This document shows, in pieces, positions 1 to 640 of a stretch of 640 bases of DNA (position 1 is its first letter; every line of letters begins with the position of its first letter). A program made the position numbers and the translations under genes. Source of the DNA: a phage; sequence record AF056257.1; one strand, written 5' to 3'. The notes under the pieces were generated by a model, which was not told where the DNA came from, did no database searches, and saw only the letters and a list, made by a program, of their open reading frames with translations.

Positions 1-160
1 CNTTGGCCATTTTTTACGGNAATAANCAGGGAATNTTGTTATNTTCNATTGNNGNATGATTCNGNCCNAGTATTNGCCTNTTAAAGTGGGTATGGTGTGT
101 AGTGGTTTAGCAGTTTATCTGGTTTAAATTCAAATATATGTTTCTGTGGTANGNTTAAAN
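1..160. other. Low-quality read start: 17 ambiguous base calls (N) at 2, 20, 26, 35, 43, 47, 52, 53, 55, 63, 65, 68, 75, 80, 152, 154, 160
   Basis: Direct observation of N characters. The clustering at the 5' end is typical of a single-pass read, so frame and feature calls here are unreliable. Confidence 0.9.
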
Positions 161-214
161 CCAACATTTCTAGGTAAAGTAGATCCAAACCAGTATAACC
201 TGGTTTCCATCTTG
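56..214 (+). CDS. Possible N-terminal part of the same gene in frame 2: candidate ATG 56-58, hydrophobic anchor-like stretch (K)VGMVCSGLAVYLV (83-124), in-frame TAA 125-127, then IQIYVSVV?L?PTFLGKVDPNQYNLVSIL (128-214)
   Basis: Frame 2 translation shows a 13-residue hydrophobic run followed about 15 residues later by an 'F-L-G-K-V' segment, the layout expected for the N-terminal membrane anchor and 'R-F-G-K' start of an SPFH domain. The region contains many N calls and an in-frame stop, so the exact start and frame are unreliable. Confidence 0.2.
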
Positions 215-275
215 TAAACCATTTGATTTTTCGATACTTTTAGTAACAAAAGATATTGCTGTAAAATTAGATAAA
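183..275 (+). CDS. Probable upstream continuation of the same SPFH protein, read in frame 3 (IQTSITWFPSCKPFDFSILLVTKDIAVKLDK); joins the frame-2 core only if about one base is missing near the A-run at 272-276
   Basis: Frame 3 is open from 183 (after TAG 180-182) to TGA 318-320. 'CKPFDFS' lies at the distance from the SQD block expected for the conserved 'W-K-P-x-F-I-D' segment of HflK / 'QKPIIFD' of prohibitin (about 25-27 residues). Codon usage is the same as the core. The frame relationship to the core is inferred, not observed. Confidence 0.4.
187..206 (+). repeat. Perfect 7-bp inverted repeat AAACCAG / CTGGTTT with a 6-nt loop (TATAAC), potential hairpin inside the coding region
   Basis: Direct reading: 187-193 aaaccag is the reverse complement of 200-206 ctggttt. 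It coincides with the place where the upstream frame-2 ORF (ends TAA 215-217) and the frame-3 ORF (from 183) overlap. Confidence 0.45.
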
Positions 276-640
276 TTCAGGTTCCTAGCCAGGATAAGTT
301 TAAATCCACTGTTGACCTGACTGTTATGTTACAATTTGATGGTTCTAAGGCACCGATTAACCGTATTAACGCAGGCACCCAGGATCAAGCATTAGACAAA
401 TATGTAACTGAAAAATTACTGTCCACTATTCGTGAGTTCGGTAAGTCTGTTCCCTAAAGCACAAGATTTGTTTGATGCTAAAATCCAGGCTCAATTACAA
501 ACCGCAATTCAACAGGAAGTTGAAGAGTATGCACGCCCTTATGGTTACACAGTTAAGCAAGTGTTCCTTCAGGATATTACATTGCCACCGGTAATTATGG
601 AACAGGTACAGAATACCAAAGTTCGTGAAGAACAAGTTAA
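275..640 (+). CDS. SPFH/band-7 domain protein (stomatin/prohibitin/HflK-HflC superfamily), internal fragment, 3' partial; frame changes from frame 2 (275-454) to frame 3 (459-640) near 452-458
   Basis: Seen in sequence: frame 2 is open 275-454 (ends TAA 455-457) and frame 3 is open 408-640, with the two translations given in the summary. From recalled family knowledge: SQDKFKSTVDLTVMLQF matches the spacing of the stomatin 'TKD..V.VD..V.YRV' block, LLSTIREFG resembles the 'LR.V.G' motif, and GYTVKQVFLQDITLPP resembles stomatin 'GIKVERVEIKDVKLP'. Spacing between blocks fits HflK/stomatin. Codon usage is consistent across both segments. Confidence 0.75.
449..458 (+). other. Frame discontinuity (+1) within the SPFH gene at GTT-CCC-TAA-A; removing one base from the C-run/T gives ...REFGKSVPKAQDLFDAK...
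   Basis: Frame 2 terminates at TAA 455-457 while frame 3 is open 408-640 and carries the conserved C-terminal SPFH block. Both frames are open across 408-454, so the shift lies in this interval; the homopolymer CCC (452-454) is the likeliest site. Confidence 0.6.

Noticed and set aside
28-58. AGGGAA (28-33) as a Shine-Dalgarno sequence for ATG 56-58
   Set aside because: It is about 22 nt upstream of the ATG, which is too far, and the intervening sequence is full of N calls. No ribosome-binding site can be called.
1-160. The 5' end might be vector, adaptor or transposon-end sequence from a library read
   Set aside because: No recognisable vector or transposon terminal motif is visible, and the N density prevents a confident match. 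The frame-2 translation instead looks like the N-terminus of the same gene.
272-274. In-frame TAA codons read as sense (Gln) under an alternative genetic code, which would extend frame 2 upstream
   Set aside because: The resulting upstream peptide (FFDTFSNKRYCCKIRQ) has no SPFH character, and the overall codon usage argues against a ciliate-type code.
122-306. Direct repeats GTTTAAAT (122-129 and 299-306) and CTGGTTT (119-125 and 200-206)
   Set aside because: Matches of 7-8 nt are expected by chance in 640 nt of AT-rich sequence. No extended flanking similarity and no terminal-repeat structure.
312-335. Promoter-like hexamers TTGACC (312-317) and TACAAT (330-335)
   Set aside because: The spacer is only 12 nt (16-18 is needed) and both lie inside the well-supported coding core.
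441-465. GTAAGT (441-446) looks like a canonical 5' splice donor, with in-phase AG acceptors at 458-459 and 464-465, suggesting a 19-25 nt mini-intron of the ciliate type. Splicing 441-465 would give ...REFDLFDAK..., which fits prohibitin-like spacing.
   Set aside because: Codon usage is bacterial (CGT/CGC Arg, CTG Leu, CCG Pro) and none of the 13 or more Gln codons in the ORFs is TAA/TAG, as a ciliate code would predict. GGT-AAG-TCT reads sensibly as Gly-Lys-Ser and keeps the conserved Gly. A 1-nt indel explains the frame change more simply.

Overview
This window reads like a single-pass, low-quality read: 17 ambiguous bases (N) cluster at 2-80 and 152-160. It is AT-rich, and its codon choices (CGT/CGC Arg, CTG/TTA Leu, CCG Pro, GGT Gly, no in-frame TAA/TAG) look bacterial; the organism cannot be determined. 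Almost the whole window appears to be one + strand gene for a membrane-anchored SPFH/band-7 protein (stomatin/prohibitin/HflK-HflC superfamily), running off the 3' end. The core is well supported: frame 2 codons 275-454 give IQVPSQDKFKSTVDLTVMLQFDGSKAPINRINAGTQDQALDKYVTEKLLSTIREFGKSVP, then a TAA, and frame 3 codons 459-638 give AQDLFDAKIQAQLQTAIQQEVEEYARPYGYTVKQVFLQDITLPPVIMEQVQNTKVREEQV. The reading frame is broken at least once (452-458, a CCC-TAA-A context) and probably two or three more times upstream (about 272-276, 199-215, 125-127). Base-calling indels are the most economical explanation, but a genuine pseudogene or a +1 recoding site at CCC-UAA cannot be excluded from sequence alone. 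The family assignment is made from recalled motifs, not a database search. I see no RNA genes, CRISPR repeats or mobile-element ends, and nothing here that I can support as a novel multi-gene system.
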